Source: Pseudomonas aeruginosa (GTDB lineage: Bacteria; Pseudomonadota; Gammaproteobacteria; Pseudomonadales; Pseudomonadaceae). Taken from it: a stretch of DNA of 32,000 nt. Both the position numbers and the translations under genes were made by a program. Each line of letters begins with the position of its first letter. Position 1 is the stretch's first letter. Positions 1-6,873 of this stretch are shown one piece after another. The notes under the pieces were generated by a model. It ran no database searches and had not been told where the DNA came from. It saw only the letters and a program-made list of their open reading frames with translations. The stretch lies in contig NZ_LN831024.1 of assembly GCF_001457615.1 (NCBI RefSeq), positions 3,510,001-3,542,000 on the forward strand, written 5' to 3'.

Positions 1-351
1 TACTGGGGCTACGCCCGCGACGAACACCTCGACAACGAGGCCTTGATCAAGGAGCAATACGTCGGCATCCGCCCGGCACCGGGCTACCCGGCCTGCCCCG
101 ACCATACCGAGAAAGGCACTCTGTTCGAACTGCTCGATCCGCAGGGCCTGTCCGGCGTCAGCCTGACCGAGCACTACGCGATGTTCCCGGCCGCGGCGGT
201 CAGCGGTTGGTATTTCGCCCACCCGCAGGCGCAGTACTTCGCGGTCGGCAAGATCGACAAGGACCAGGTGGAACGCTACAGCCAGCGCAAGGGCCAGGAA
301 GCCAGCGTCAGCGAGCGCTGGCTGGCGCCGAACCTTGGCTACGATGACTGA
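1..351 (+). CDS. metH: Cobalamin-dependent methionine synthase MetH, C-terminal fragment (5' end lies outside the window)
   Basis: Frame +1 is open from base 1; the listed ORF 43..351 begins at an internal TTG. The translation ...[27 protein letters not shown]...[32 protein letters not shown] matches the conserved extreme C-terminus (AdoMet-binding reactivation domain) of MetH. Stop TGA at 349-351. Confidence 0.93.
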
Positions 352-365
352 CCAGGAAGGCGACG

Positions 366-728
366 ATGAAATTCCTCACTCCCGAGCAGATGGAAAAGCC
401 GCGCAAGCGCCGCCTGCGCAAGAAACTGCGCCTGGGCGAGTTCCAGGAGTTCGGCTTCAGCTTCGAACTGACCTACGACCGCAACGCCCTCTCCCACGAC
501 GATGCGCTGGACCATCTGATCGACTTCGTCGAGGCCCAGGGCTGGGTGTTCGGCGGTGGCGGCTCGCCGGAACAGGCGGAGATCAGCGGCTACCTGTGCC
601 TGGCGCGGGTCGGCAGCCTGGACGAGGCGGACCGGGAAAGCGCCCGCCTGTGGCTGGAAGCCCAACCCTGGTGCAAGACCTTCGAGGTCGGCCCGTTGAG
701 CGACTGCTGGCACAACTTCTTCGAGTGA
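366..728 (+). CDS. yggL: YggL-family (DUF469) 50S ribosome-associated protein
   Basis: 120 aa. The N-terminal basic stretch RKRRLRKKLRLGEFQEFGF and the overall pattern match E. coli YggL. AGGAAGG Shine-Dalgarno at 354-360, 5 nt before the ATG. High GC3. Confidence 0.85.
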   Translation: MKFLTPEQMEKPRKRRLRKKLRLGEFQEFGFSFELTYDRNALSHDDALDHLIDFVEAQGWVFGGGGSPEQAEISGYLCLARVGSLDEADRESARLWLEAQPWCKTFEVGPLSDCWHNFFE

Positions 729-730
729 AA

Positions 731-761
731 CCGGCGCCGGCACGACCTGGCCTGGCGCCGG
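731..761. terminator. GC-rich hairpin between convergent yggL and the ProX-like gene; possible bidirectional terminator
   Basis: CCGGCGCC (731-738) pairs with GGCGCCGG (754-761) around a 15-nt loop. There is no U-run on either strand, so termination is uncertain. Confidence 0.35.
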
Positions 762-779
762 CAGGCGCGAAGCTGCGAC

Positions 780-1277
780 CTACACCCGGATCAGGCGCGG
801 TTCATGCCCCGTGTGGGCGAGGAAAGCCAGCAGGTCTGCGTAGCGGATGCACTCGGTGGCGGTATTCACCAACGGGTGGAAACCGAGCAACTGGTCCTGG
901 CGGATGGCATCGTCGAGCAACACCTCGACCCTGTGCTGCGGATCGTTGACCAGCGCGAAAGGCGTCACGCAGCCCAGTTCGACGCCGAGGTATTCGCGCA
1001 GGCGCTCGACCGAGGCGAACGACAGGCGGCTTTCGCCGATCTGTTCGGCGATGCCCGGCAGGTCGGCCTCCTTGCGCTCGTCGAGCAGCACCAGGTAGTG
1101 GCGAGTACCCTTGCGGTTGCGCAGGAACAGGTTCTTGATGCCCTGGTCGGGCAATTCGATGCCCTGCGCGTAATATTCCTCGATGGAGGCGATCGCGGGA
1201 TGCTCGACCCGCTGGCTGTCGATGGCCAGCTCGCGGAGCAACGCCAGAAGCGCCTGCTCGTCCATTTTCGCACTCAT
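780..1277 (-). CDS. YbaK/ProX-type aminoacyl-tRNA trans-editing deacylase domain protein
   Basis: 165 aa. IKNLFLRNRKG and GCVTPFALVND segments are typical of free-standing YbaK/ProX (INS-like) editing domains. GAGGG SD upstream of the ATG at 1277. It starts 13 nt after the stop of the upstream minus-strand gene, so they likely share an operon. Confidence 0.8.
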   Translation of the reverse strand: MSAKMDEQALLALLRELAIDSQRVEHPAIASIEEYYAQGIELPDQGIKNLFLRNRKGTRHYLVLLDERKEADLPGIAEQIGESRLSFASVERLREYLGVELGCVTPFALVNDPQHRVEVLLDDAIRQDQLLGFHPLVNTATECIRYADLLAFLAHTGHEPRLIRV

Positions 1278-1290
1278 GGGACGCGCGCCC

Positions 1291-1593
1291 TCAGGTGAAC
1301 TGCGAACCGGAACGGCGCACGAACTTGATCGACCACTTGAAGTTCGGCTTGCGCGTCACGCTGATCGGGCGCCGGGTCACGGTATCGATGGTGATGTTCC
1401 AGAACCCGGTGCTGGGCACCTTGATCTTCGCCGGGAAGCGGTCGAAGGCGCCGCCATGGTAGCTATGCCGCCCGCCATTCTTGAAACTGCGGAAATTGGC
1501 GTCGTTCATCAGGCGGATATTGCATTGCTGCGAGCACTCGATGACCACGATGTCGTCTTCGTTGAGGTGTTCGCGCTGGTGGACGAATTTCAT
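1291..1593 (-). CDS. Small conserved protein, DUF1883-like (function unknown)
   Basis: The ORF is open to 1653, but the first 20 codons use rare codons with lower GC3. From the ATG at 1593 (MKFVHQREHLNEDDIVVIECSQQCNIRLMNDANF...GGAF...VPSTGFWNITID) codon usage is typical. The family call is from memory of DUF1883 N-terminal patterns. The alternative start at 1653 is not excluded. Confidence 0.65.
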   Translation of the reverse strand: MKFVHQREHLNEDDIVVIECSQQCNIRLMNDANFRSFKNGGRHSYHGGAFDRFPAKIKVPSTGFWNITIDTVTRRPISVTRKPNFKWSIKFVRRSGSQFT

Positions 1594-1690
1594 GGAACGG
1601 TTCCGTTGCTGCGGTGGAGCGGAGCGCAACGATAGCACGTCGGCGCCGGCCATACCGCCTCATGACGGGCAATGGTAGGATGCGCGCCCC

Positions 1691-2731
1691 ATGCGTAGCC
1701 AAGACCTCCACCAGCGCCTCGCCGATCTCGGCGCCAAGCCCCTGCATTGCGGGAGGATCGTCCGCGCCTGGCTGCAGGGCCGCGCCCTCGATGCCTGCAC
1801 CGCCCGCCAGCGGGCCGAGGACTTCCTGCCGCTGGGCGTACGCCATGGTCTGCCCCAGGTAGCAGCGGAACTGGAAGGCATCGCCCGCCTGCACAGCGAG
1901 CATCCGGCGAGCGACGGCTCGTCGCGCCTGCTGGTGGAACTGGCCGACCGTCAGATGGTGGAAAGCGTGCTGCTGCCGCGCGGTGGGCTGTGCGTCTCGA
2001 CCCAGGTCGGCTGCGCGGTCGGCTGCGTGTTCTGCATGACCGGCCGCAGCGGCCTGCTGCGCCAGGTCGGCAGCCTGGAGATGGTCGCCCAGGTGGTCCT
2101 GGCGCGCCGTCGGCGAGCGGTGAAGAAAGTGGTGTTCATGGGCATGGGCGAGCCGGCGCACAACCTCGACAACGTCCTCGAAGCCATCGACCTGCTCGGC
2201 ACCGATGGCGGCATCGGCCACAAGAACCTGGTGTTCTCCACCGTCGGCGATCCCCGCGTGTTCGAGCGCCTGCCCCGGCAACGGGTGAAGCCCGCCCTCG
2301 CCCTGTCCCTGCACAGCACCCGCGCCGAACTGCGCCGGCAACTGTTGCCCAAGGCGCCGCCGCTGAGCCCGGAAGAACTGGTGGAAGCCGGCGAGGCCTA
2401 CGCCCGCCGGGTCGACTATCCGATCCAGTACCAATGGACCCTGCTCGAAGGGATCAACGACAGCCTGGAGGAAATGGACGGCATCCTGCGCCTGCTCAAG
2501 GGCCGCTTCGCGGTGATGAACCTGATCCCCTACAACAGCATGGACGGCGACGCCTACCGGCGCCCGAGCGGGGAGCGGATCGTCGAGCTGGTGCGCTACC
2601 TGCACAGCCGCGGCGTGCTGACCAAGGTGCGCAACTCGGCCGGCCAGGACATCGACGGCGGCTGCGGGCAACTGCGCGCCAGGGCCACGCAGGGCACGGT
2701 GGAACGGCGCATCCCCGCCCGCCAGGCCTGA
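1691..2731 (+). CDS. Radical-SAM RlmN/Cfr-family RNA methyltransferase paralog
   Basis: 346 aa. CAVGCVFC (CxxxCxxC 4Fe-4S/SAM motif) is preceded by GGLCVSTQVGC and followed near the C-terminus by DIDGGCGQL. These are the two extra catalytic cysteine positions of RlmN/Cfr. An N-terminal RlmN-like accessory region is present. Confidence 0.85.
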   Translation: MRSQDLHQRLADLGAKPLHCGRIVRAWLQGRALDACTARQRAEDFLPLGVRHGLPQVAAELEGIARLHSEHPASDGSSRLLVELADRQMVESVLLPRGGLCVSTQVGCAVGCVFCMTGRSGLLRQVGSLEMVAQVVLARRRRAVKKVVFMGMGEPAHNLDNVLEAIDLLGTDGGIGHKNLVFSTVGDPRVFERLPRQRVKPALALSLHSTRAELRRQLLPKAPPLSPEELVEAGEAYARRVDYPIQYQWTLLEGINDSLEEMDGILRLLKGRFAVMNLIPYNSMDGDAYRRPSGERIVELVRYLHSRGVLTKVRNSAGQDIDGGCGQLRARATQGTVERRIPARQA

Positions 2732-2795
2732 AGCCACCCTCCTCCCGCCAAGGGTCTAGACTCTCAGGGCAGGTATGGAAAAGGGAGGACCACCG

Positions 2796-3023
2796 ATGGG
2801 TATCGAGACGGAAGAACCGAACCAGAAGCCGCCGACCTTCTGGCAGATGCTGCATAGCGTGATGGCTGCCGCCTTCGGCGTACAGAGCGGGCGAAACCGC
2901 GCCCGCGACTTCACCCACGGCAAGCCCGTGCACTTCATCATGCTGGGCCTGCTCTTCACCCTGGTGTTCGTGCTGTTGCTGGCCGGGATCGTGAAACTGG
3001 TGCTGAGCCTCAGCGGCCTGTGA
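2796..3023 (+). CDS. DUF2970-type small inner-membrane protein
   Basis: The ORF is open from 2775, but a strong GGGAGG SD (2783-2788) sits 7 nt before the ATG at 2796. The pattern AAAFGVQSGRNRARDF followed by one hydrophobic helix (FIMLGLLFTLVFVLLLAGIV) matches DUF2970. High GC3. Confidence 0.7.
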   Translation: MGIETEEPNQKPPTFWQMLHSVMAAAFGVQSGRNRARDFTHGKPVHFIMLGLLFTLVFVLLLAGIVKLVLSLSGL

Positions 3024-3047
3024 CCTCTGCGCCGCCGAGGCGGGCTT

Positions 3048-3164
3048 TCACTGGTGGCTGACCCAGAACACCGCGGTAGCCACCACCAGCAGGATCAGGA
3101 CGAAGGCCGCGCGGGCGTCGACCACGCTGTCGCGGTTTTCCTGGGTTTTGCTCGGCTCGCTCAT
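3048..3164 (-). CDS. 38-aa single-pass membrane mini-protein (hypothetical)
   Basis: MSEPSKTQENRDSVVDARAAFVLILLVVATAVFWVSHQ. AGGGGGAG SD lies immediately upstream of the ATG at 3164. About 90 percent G/C at third codon positions by my count, typical of real genes here. One clear TM helix. The listed ORF extends to 3230, but that extension lacks an SD. Confidence 0.5.
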   Translation of the reverse strand: MSEPSKTQENRDSVVDARAAFVLILLVVATAVFWVSHQ

Positions 3165-3433
3165 GACTCCCCCTGTTTCTTGTGGGTATCGGGACGAAGA
3201 CATCGAAAGGCACTCTCCAGTTAAGACCATTGCCGCCCATCGCTCAAGAAAGGCGCCGTTGCGAAGCGGTTATGCTTGCCTGGCGACTTAGTCTTTTTGG
3301 TTCTTACCATATACTCAAACATCACTTTTACGCATAAATATGAACTGGTATCGTGCGCCCACTCCGCGTGGAGCGCGTAGCCGTGCGCGCTGGTTAACGC
3401 AGTAAGCCGCATAGCCTGACAGCAGGAATATTC
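3165..3433. promoter_or_regulatory. Divergent control region of cysI and the mini-protein gene; visibly AT-rich
   Basis: The most AT-rich stretch of the window (about 3270-3345). TATACT at 3310-3315 is a candidate -10 with no good -35, as expected for an activator-dependent (CysB-type) promoter. The downstream leader carries the hairpin AGCGCG(3372-3377)/CGCGCT(3386-3391) and a CGTGCGC direct repeat (3352 and 3382). Confidence 0.4.
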
Positions 3434-5092
3434 ATGTACGTATACGACGAGTACGACCAACGGATCGTCGAGGACCGCGTCAAGCAGTTCCGCGACCAGA
3501 CCCGCCGTTACCTGGCGGGTGAATTGACCGGTGAGGAGTTCCGCCCGCTGCGCCTGCAGAACGGTCTCTATATCCAGCGCTATGCCCCGATGCTGCGCAT
3601 CGCCGTTCCCTATGGCCTGCTCTCCTCGCGCCAACTGCGCAAGCTGGCGCAGATCGCCCGCGACTACGACAAGGGCTACGCCCACATCAGCACCCGGCAG
3701 AACGTGCAGTTCAACTGGCCGGAGCTGGAAGACGTGCCGGAAATCCTCGCCGAGCTGGCCACCGTGCAGATGCACGCGATTCAGACCAGCGGCAACTGCA
3801 TCCGCAACACCACCACCGACCAGTTCGCCGGCGTCGCCCGCGACGAGCTGGTGGACCCGCGCCCCTGGTGCGAGATCATCCGCCAATGGTCGACCTTCCA
3901 CCCCGAGTTCGCCCACCTGCCGCGCAAGTTCAAGATCGCGGTGAACGGCGCGGTGAGCGACCGTGCCGCCATCGAAGTGCACGACATCGGCCTGGAGGCG
4001 GTGAAGAACGAGGCCGGCGAGCTCGGCTTCCGCGTCTCGGTCGGCGGCGGCCTGGGCCGAACCCCCATCGTCGGCAGCTTCATCAATGAATTCCTGCCCT
4101 GGCAGCACCTGCTCGGCTACCTGGATGCCATCCTGCGCGTCTACAACCGCTATGGCCGGCGCGACAACAAGTACAAGGCGCGGATCAAGATCCTGGTCAA
4201 GGCGCTGACCCCGGAAGTCTTCGCCGAGCGCGTCGAGGCCGAATGGGCCAACCTCAAGGACGGACCGAGCACCCTCACCGAGGCGGAAGTCCAGCGCGTC
4301 GCCGCGCATTTCGTCGATCCGGCCTACAAGGCCCTCGACGACCTCGACGAGTCCCTCGCCCGGCTCGACGCGGAGCACCCCGGCTTCGCCCGCTGGCGCG
4401 CACGCAACACCTTCGCCCACAAGAAGCCCGGCTACGTCGCCGTGACGCTCTCGCTGAAGCCCACCGGCACCGCGCCGGGAGACGTCACCGACAAACAGCT
4501 GGAGGCCATCGCCGATCTCGCCGACCGCTACAGCTTCGGCGAGGTGCGCAACAGCCATAACCAGAACATCATTCTCGCCGACGTCGAGCAGGGCGAACTC
4601 TTCGCCCTCTGGGGCGAACTGCGCGAACTGGGCTTCGCCACCCCCAACGTCGGCCTGCTGACCGACATCATCTGCTGCCCCGGCGGCGACTTCTGCTCCC
4701 TGGCCAACGCCAAGTCGATCCCGATCGCCGAAGCCATCCAGCGCCGCTTCGACAATCTCGACTATCTATTCGACATCGGCGACATCGACCTGAACATCTC
4801 CGGTTGCATGAACGCCTGCGGCCATCACCATGTCGGCCACATCGGCATCCTCGGGGTCGACAAGAAAGGCGCGGAGTTCTACCAGGTCTCCCTCGGCGGC
4901 AGCTCGGCGCGCGACGCCAGCCTCGGGCAGATCCTCGGCCCGTCCTTCGCCCAGGAGCAGATGGCCGACGTGATCGACAAGATCATCCAGGTCTACGTGG
5001 AACGCCGGACCGAGGAAGAACCCTTCATCGACACCTTCCGCCGTATCGGTATCGACCCGTTCAAGGAGCGCGTATATGCAGCGAATCATTAA
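3434..5092 (+). CDS. cysI: Sulfite reductase hemoprotein (siroheme/4Fe-4S, NirA/CysI ferredoxin-type)
   Basis: 552 aa. Two nitrite/sulfite-reductase half-domains and the Cys cluster CPGGDFC ... CMNAC (Cx5C...Cx3C) that ligates 4Fe-4S/siroheme. AGGA SD 7 nt upstream of the ATG. Confidence 0.93.
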   Translation: MYVYDEYDQRIVEDRVKQFRDQTRRYLAGELTGEEFRPLRLQNGLYIQRYAPMLRIAVPYGLLSSRQLRKLAQIARDYDKGYAHISTRQNVQFNWPELEDVPEILAELATVQMHAIQTSGNCIRNTTTDQFAGVARDELVDPRPWCEIIRQWSTFHPEFAHLPRKFKIAVNGAVSDRAAIEVHDIGLEAVKNEAGELGFRVSVGGGLGRTPIVGSFINEFLPWQHLLGYLDAILRVYNRYGRRDNKYKARIKILVKALTPEVFAERVEAEWANLKDGPSTLTEAEVQRVAAHFVDPAYKALDDLDESLARLDAEHPGFARWRARNTFAHKKPGYVAVTLSLKPTGTAPGDVTDKQLEAIADLADRYSFGEVRNSHNQNIILADVEQGELFALWGELRELGFATPNVGLLTDIICCPGGDFCSLANAKSIPIAEAIQRRFDNLDYLFDIGDIDLNISGCMNACGHHHVGHIGILGVDKKGAEFYQVSLGGSSARDASLGQILGPSFAQEQMADVIDKIIQVYVERRTEEEPFIDTFRRIGIDPFKERVYAANH

Positions 5093-5573
5093 GGACCGCC
5101 AGGTGGTCGACGACCGCTGGCACTTGCTGCCCAAGGACGCGACCCTGGAAAGCGTACCCAACAGCGACGACGTGATCATCCCGCTGGCCCTGTGGCTCGA
5201 GCACGGCCCGGCCCTGCGCGGCCGCGACGGCGGCCTGGGGGTCTGGCTGGACGCGGACGAGGAGCCGGAAAGCATCGCCGGCGACCTCGACAGGTTCCAG
5301 GTGATCGCGGTGAACTTCCCCGCCTTTACCGATGGCCGCGGCTTCAGCAGCGCGCGCTTGCTGCGCGAGCGCTACGGCTACAAGGGCGAGATCCGCGCGA
5401 TCGGCGACGTGCTGCGCGACCAGTTGTTCTTCATGCGCCGCTGCGGCTTCGACGCCTATGCCATCCGTGCCGACCGCAGCCCGGAAGACGCCCTGGCCAG
5501 CCTGGACGACTTCAGCGAGGTCTACCAGACCTCGGTGGAGCAGCCGCTACCGCTGTTCCGCCGCCGCGGCTGA
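5076..5573 (+). CDS. DUF934 protein, CysI-associated (function unknown)
   Basis: 165 aa. The ATG at 5076 is preceded by AAGGAG inside the cysI 3' end and overlaps cysI by 17 nt. FPAFTDGRGFSSARLLRERYGYKGEIRAIGDV is the conserved DUF934 core as I recall it. Confidence 0.85.
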   Translation: MQRIIKDRQVVDDRWHLLPKDATLESVPNSDDVIIPLALWLEHGPALRGRDGGLGVWLDADEEPESIAGDLDRFQVIAVNFPAFTDGRGFSSARLLRERYGYKGEIRAIGDVLRDQLFFMRRCGFDAYAIRADRSPEDALASLDDFSEVYQTSVEQPLPLFRRRG

Positions 5574-5591
5574 CCCCCGCCCTGACGGAAG

Positions 5592-5616
5592 AGCCCCGCA
5601 GCCGCGGGGCTTTTTC
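5592..5616 (+). terminator. Rho-independent terminator after the cysI-DUF934 operon
   Basis: GCCCCGC (5593-5599), loop AGCC, GCGGGGC (5604-5610), then TTTTT (5611-5615). Confidence 0.75.
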
Positions 5617-5637
5617 ATTCCCGAGGTCACGGACGCC

Positions 5638-6219
5638 TCAGGCCGCCCGCACGCTGTCCCAGGCCACCTGCGCCAGCAGTTCGCGACAGTCGGCCAACGC
5701 CACCCGGGTTCGCCCGGCCAGCCACTGGCGGGCAAGGTCGTGGGCCGGGCCGATCACCACCGAAGCAAAGCAGTCGTCCGGCATCTCGCGGAACAGGCCC
5801 TCGGCCCGATATCCCGCCAGCGCCGCATGGATCCGTGCGAAGTGCGCCTGGTTGTCGGCCCGCAGGCGCTCGCCCAGCTCCCCCGCCTCCACCCGCCCGC
5901 GGCTGTGCAGGATGAAGCGTGCCCAGTCGGGATTCGCCACGACCCAGTCGATGTAGCTGGTGACCAGCAACCTGACCGTTTCCTCGGCGCTGCGCGCCCT
6001 GGCGAAGCCGGCTTCGAGCAACGCCGCGTACTGGCCGATCCCGGCCAGGTAGAGTTCGCCATGGATGCGTTCCTTGTTGTCGAAATGGTGGTAGAGGCTA
6101 CCGATGCTCGCTCCGGAACGGTCGCGGATCATCTCGATGGTGGTGGCGTCTACGCCATGCTCGCTGAAGCAGGCCAGGGCGGCCTGGAGAATCTCGTCTT
6201 TGCGGGAAGAACGGCCCAT
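5638..6219 (-). CDS. TetR/AcrR-family transcriptional regulator
   Basis: 193 aa. The N-terminal HTH ILQAALACFSEHGVDATTIEMIRDRSGASIGSLYHHFDNKE is a classic TetR_N signature. AAGGA SD 5 nt upstream. Confidence 0.9.
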   Translation of the reverse strand: MGRSSRKDEILQAALACFSEHGVDATTIEMIRDRSGASIGSLYHHFDNKERIHGELYLAGIGQYAALLEAGFARARSAEETVRLLVTSYIDWVVANPDWARFILHSRGRVEAGELGERLRADNQAHFARIHAALAGYRAEGLFREMPDDCFASVVIGPAHDLARQWLAGRTRVALADCRELLAQVAWDSVRAA

Positions 6220-6253
6220 GTCGGTCCTTGTCGTTAATCGTCGAAACGCTGAC

Positions 6254-6281
6254 TAGAATATTTTTCTAGAATAAATTTCTA
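6254..6281. promoter_or_regulatory. Candidate TetR operator: two overlapping inverted repeats TAGAA-N5-TTCTA
   Basis: TAGAA(6254-6258) TATTT TTCTA(6264-6268), overlapping TAGAA(6267-6271) TAAAT TTCTA(6277-6281). The central TTCTAGAA is itself palindromic. It lies in the 122-bp divergent region between the TetR gene and the hotdog gene. Confidence 0.5.
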
Positions 6282-6341
6282 ACCTTCGTATACTGCCCCG
6301 GTGCGCACACATCTTCAATCCTGAAACGCCCGGAGTTTTCC

Positions 6342-6779
6342 ATGAGTCAGATGATGCAGATGTACCAGCAGGTCGGCCCGGCCCAGTTCAGCGCCATGAT
6401 CGGCCAGTTCGCACCCTATTTCGCCAGCATCGCCCCGCAGTTCGTCGAACTGCGTCCCGGCTATGCCGAAGTCACCTTCCCCAAGCGCCGCGAGGTGCTG
6501 AACCATATCGGCACGGTGCATGCCATCGCCCTGTGCAATGCCGCCGAACTGGCCGCCGGGACCATGACCGACGCCTCGATTCCCGCCGGCCATCGCTGGA
6601 TTCCGCGCGGCATGACCGTCGAGTACCTGGCCAAGGCCACTGGCGACGTGCGCGCGGTGGCCGACGGCAGCCAGATCGACTGGCAAGCCACCGGCAACCT
6701 GGTGGTGCCGGTGGTCGCCTATGTCGACGACAAGCCGGTATTCCGCGCCGAGATCACCATGTACGTCAGCCAGGCCTGA
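6342..6779 (+). CDS. Hotdog-fold thioesterase-like protein (DUF4442/PaaI-like)
   Basis: 145 aa. GGAG SD 7 nt upstream. The pattern LNHIGTVHAIALCNAAELAAG...GMTVEYLAKATG is typical of PaaI/DUF4442 hotdog proteins. Family assignment is from memory. Confidence 0.75.
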   Translation: MSQMMQMYQQVGPAQFSAMIGQFAPYFASIAPQFVELRPGYAEVTFPKRREVLNHIGTVHAIALCNAAELAAGTMTDASIPAGHRWIPRGMTVEYLAKATGDVRAVADGSQIDWQATGNLVVPVVAYVDDKPVFRAEITMYVSQA

Positions 6780-6873
6780 CCGCCAAGGCGCCCCGGCCGT
6801 GCTTTCGGCCGGCTGGAGGCGCCCTGGCGGCCAGCTCTATTCTCGAAGCCATGAGCAGACCACGGAGACCGGC

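Noticed and set aside
1463-2737. 424-aa ORF antisense to the radical-SAM gene
   Set aside because: Shadow ORF. Its composition is Ala/Gly/Arg/Pro-rich with no recognisable motifs. The opposite strand carries an unambiguous RlmN/Cfr-type protein. Long stop-free antisense frames are expected in GC3-rich DNA.
3221-4558. 445-aa ORF antisense to cysI
   Set aside because: Same shadow-ORF signature. It would also run through the AT-rich promoter region. cysI on the + strand is clearly the real gene.
6721-6873. N-terminal extensions suggested by the ORF track. They are 6721 for the hydrolase, 14191 for LysR, 11365 for the kinase, 28120 for the YafS-like gene, 19247 for fimL, 2775 for DUF2970 and 3230 for the mini-protein.
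   Set aside because: In each case an internal ATG with a much better Shine-Dalgarno sequence gives the canonical family N-terminus. The extensions overlap upstream genes or promoters, or use atypical codons.
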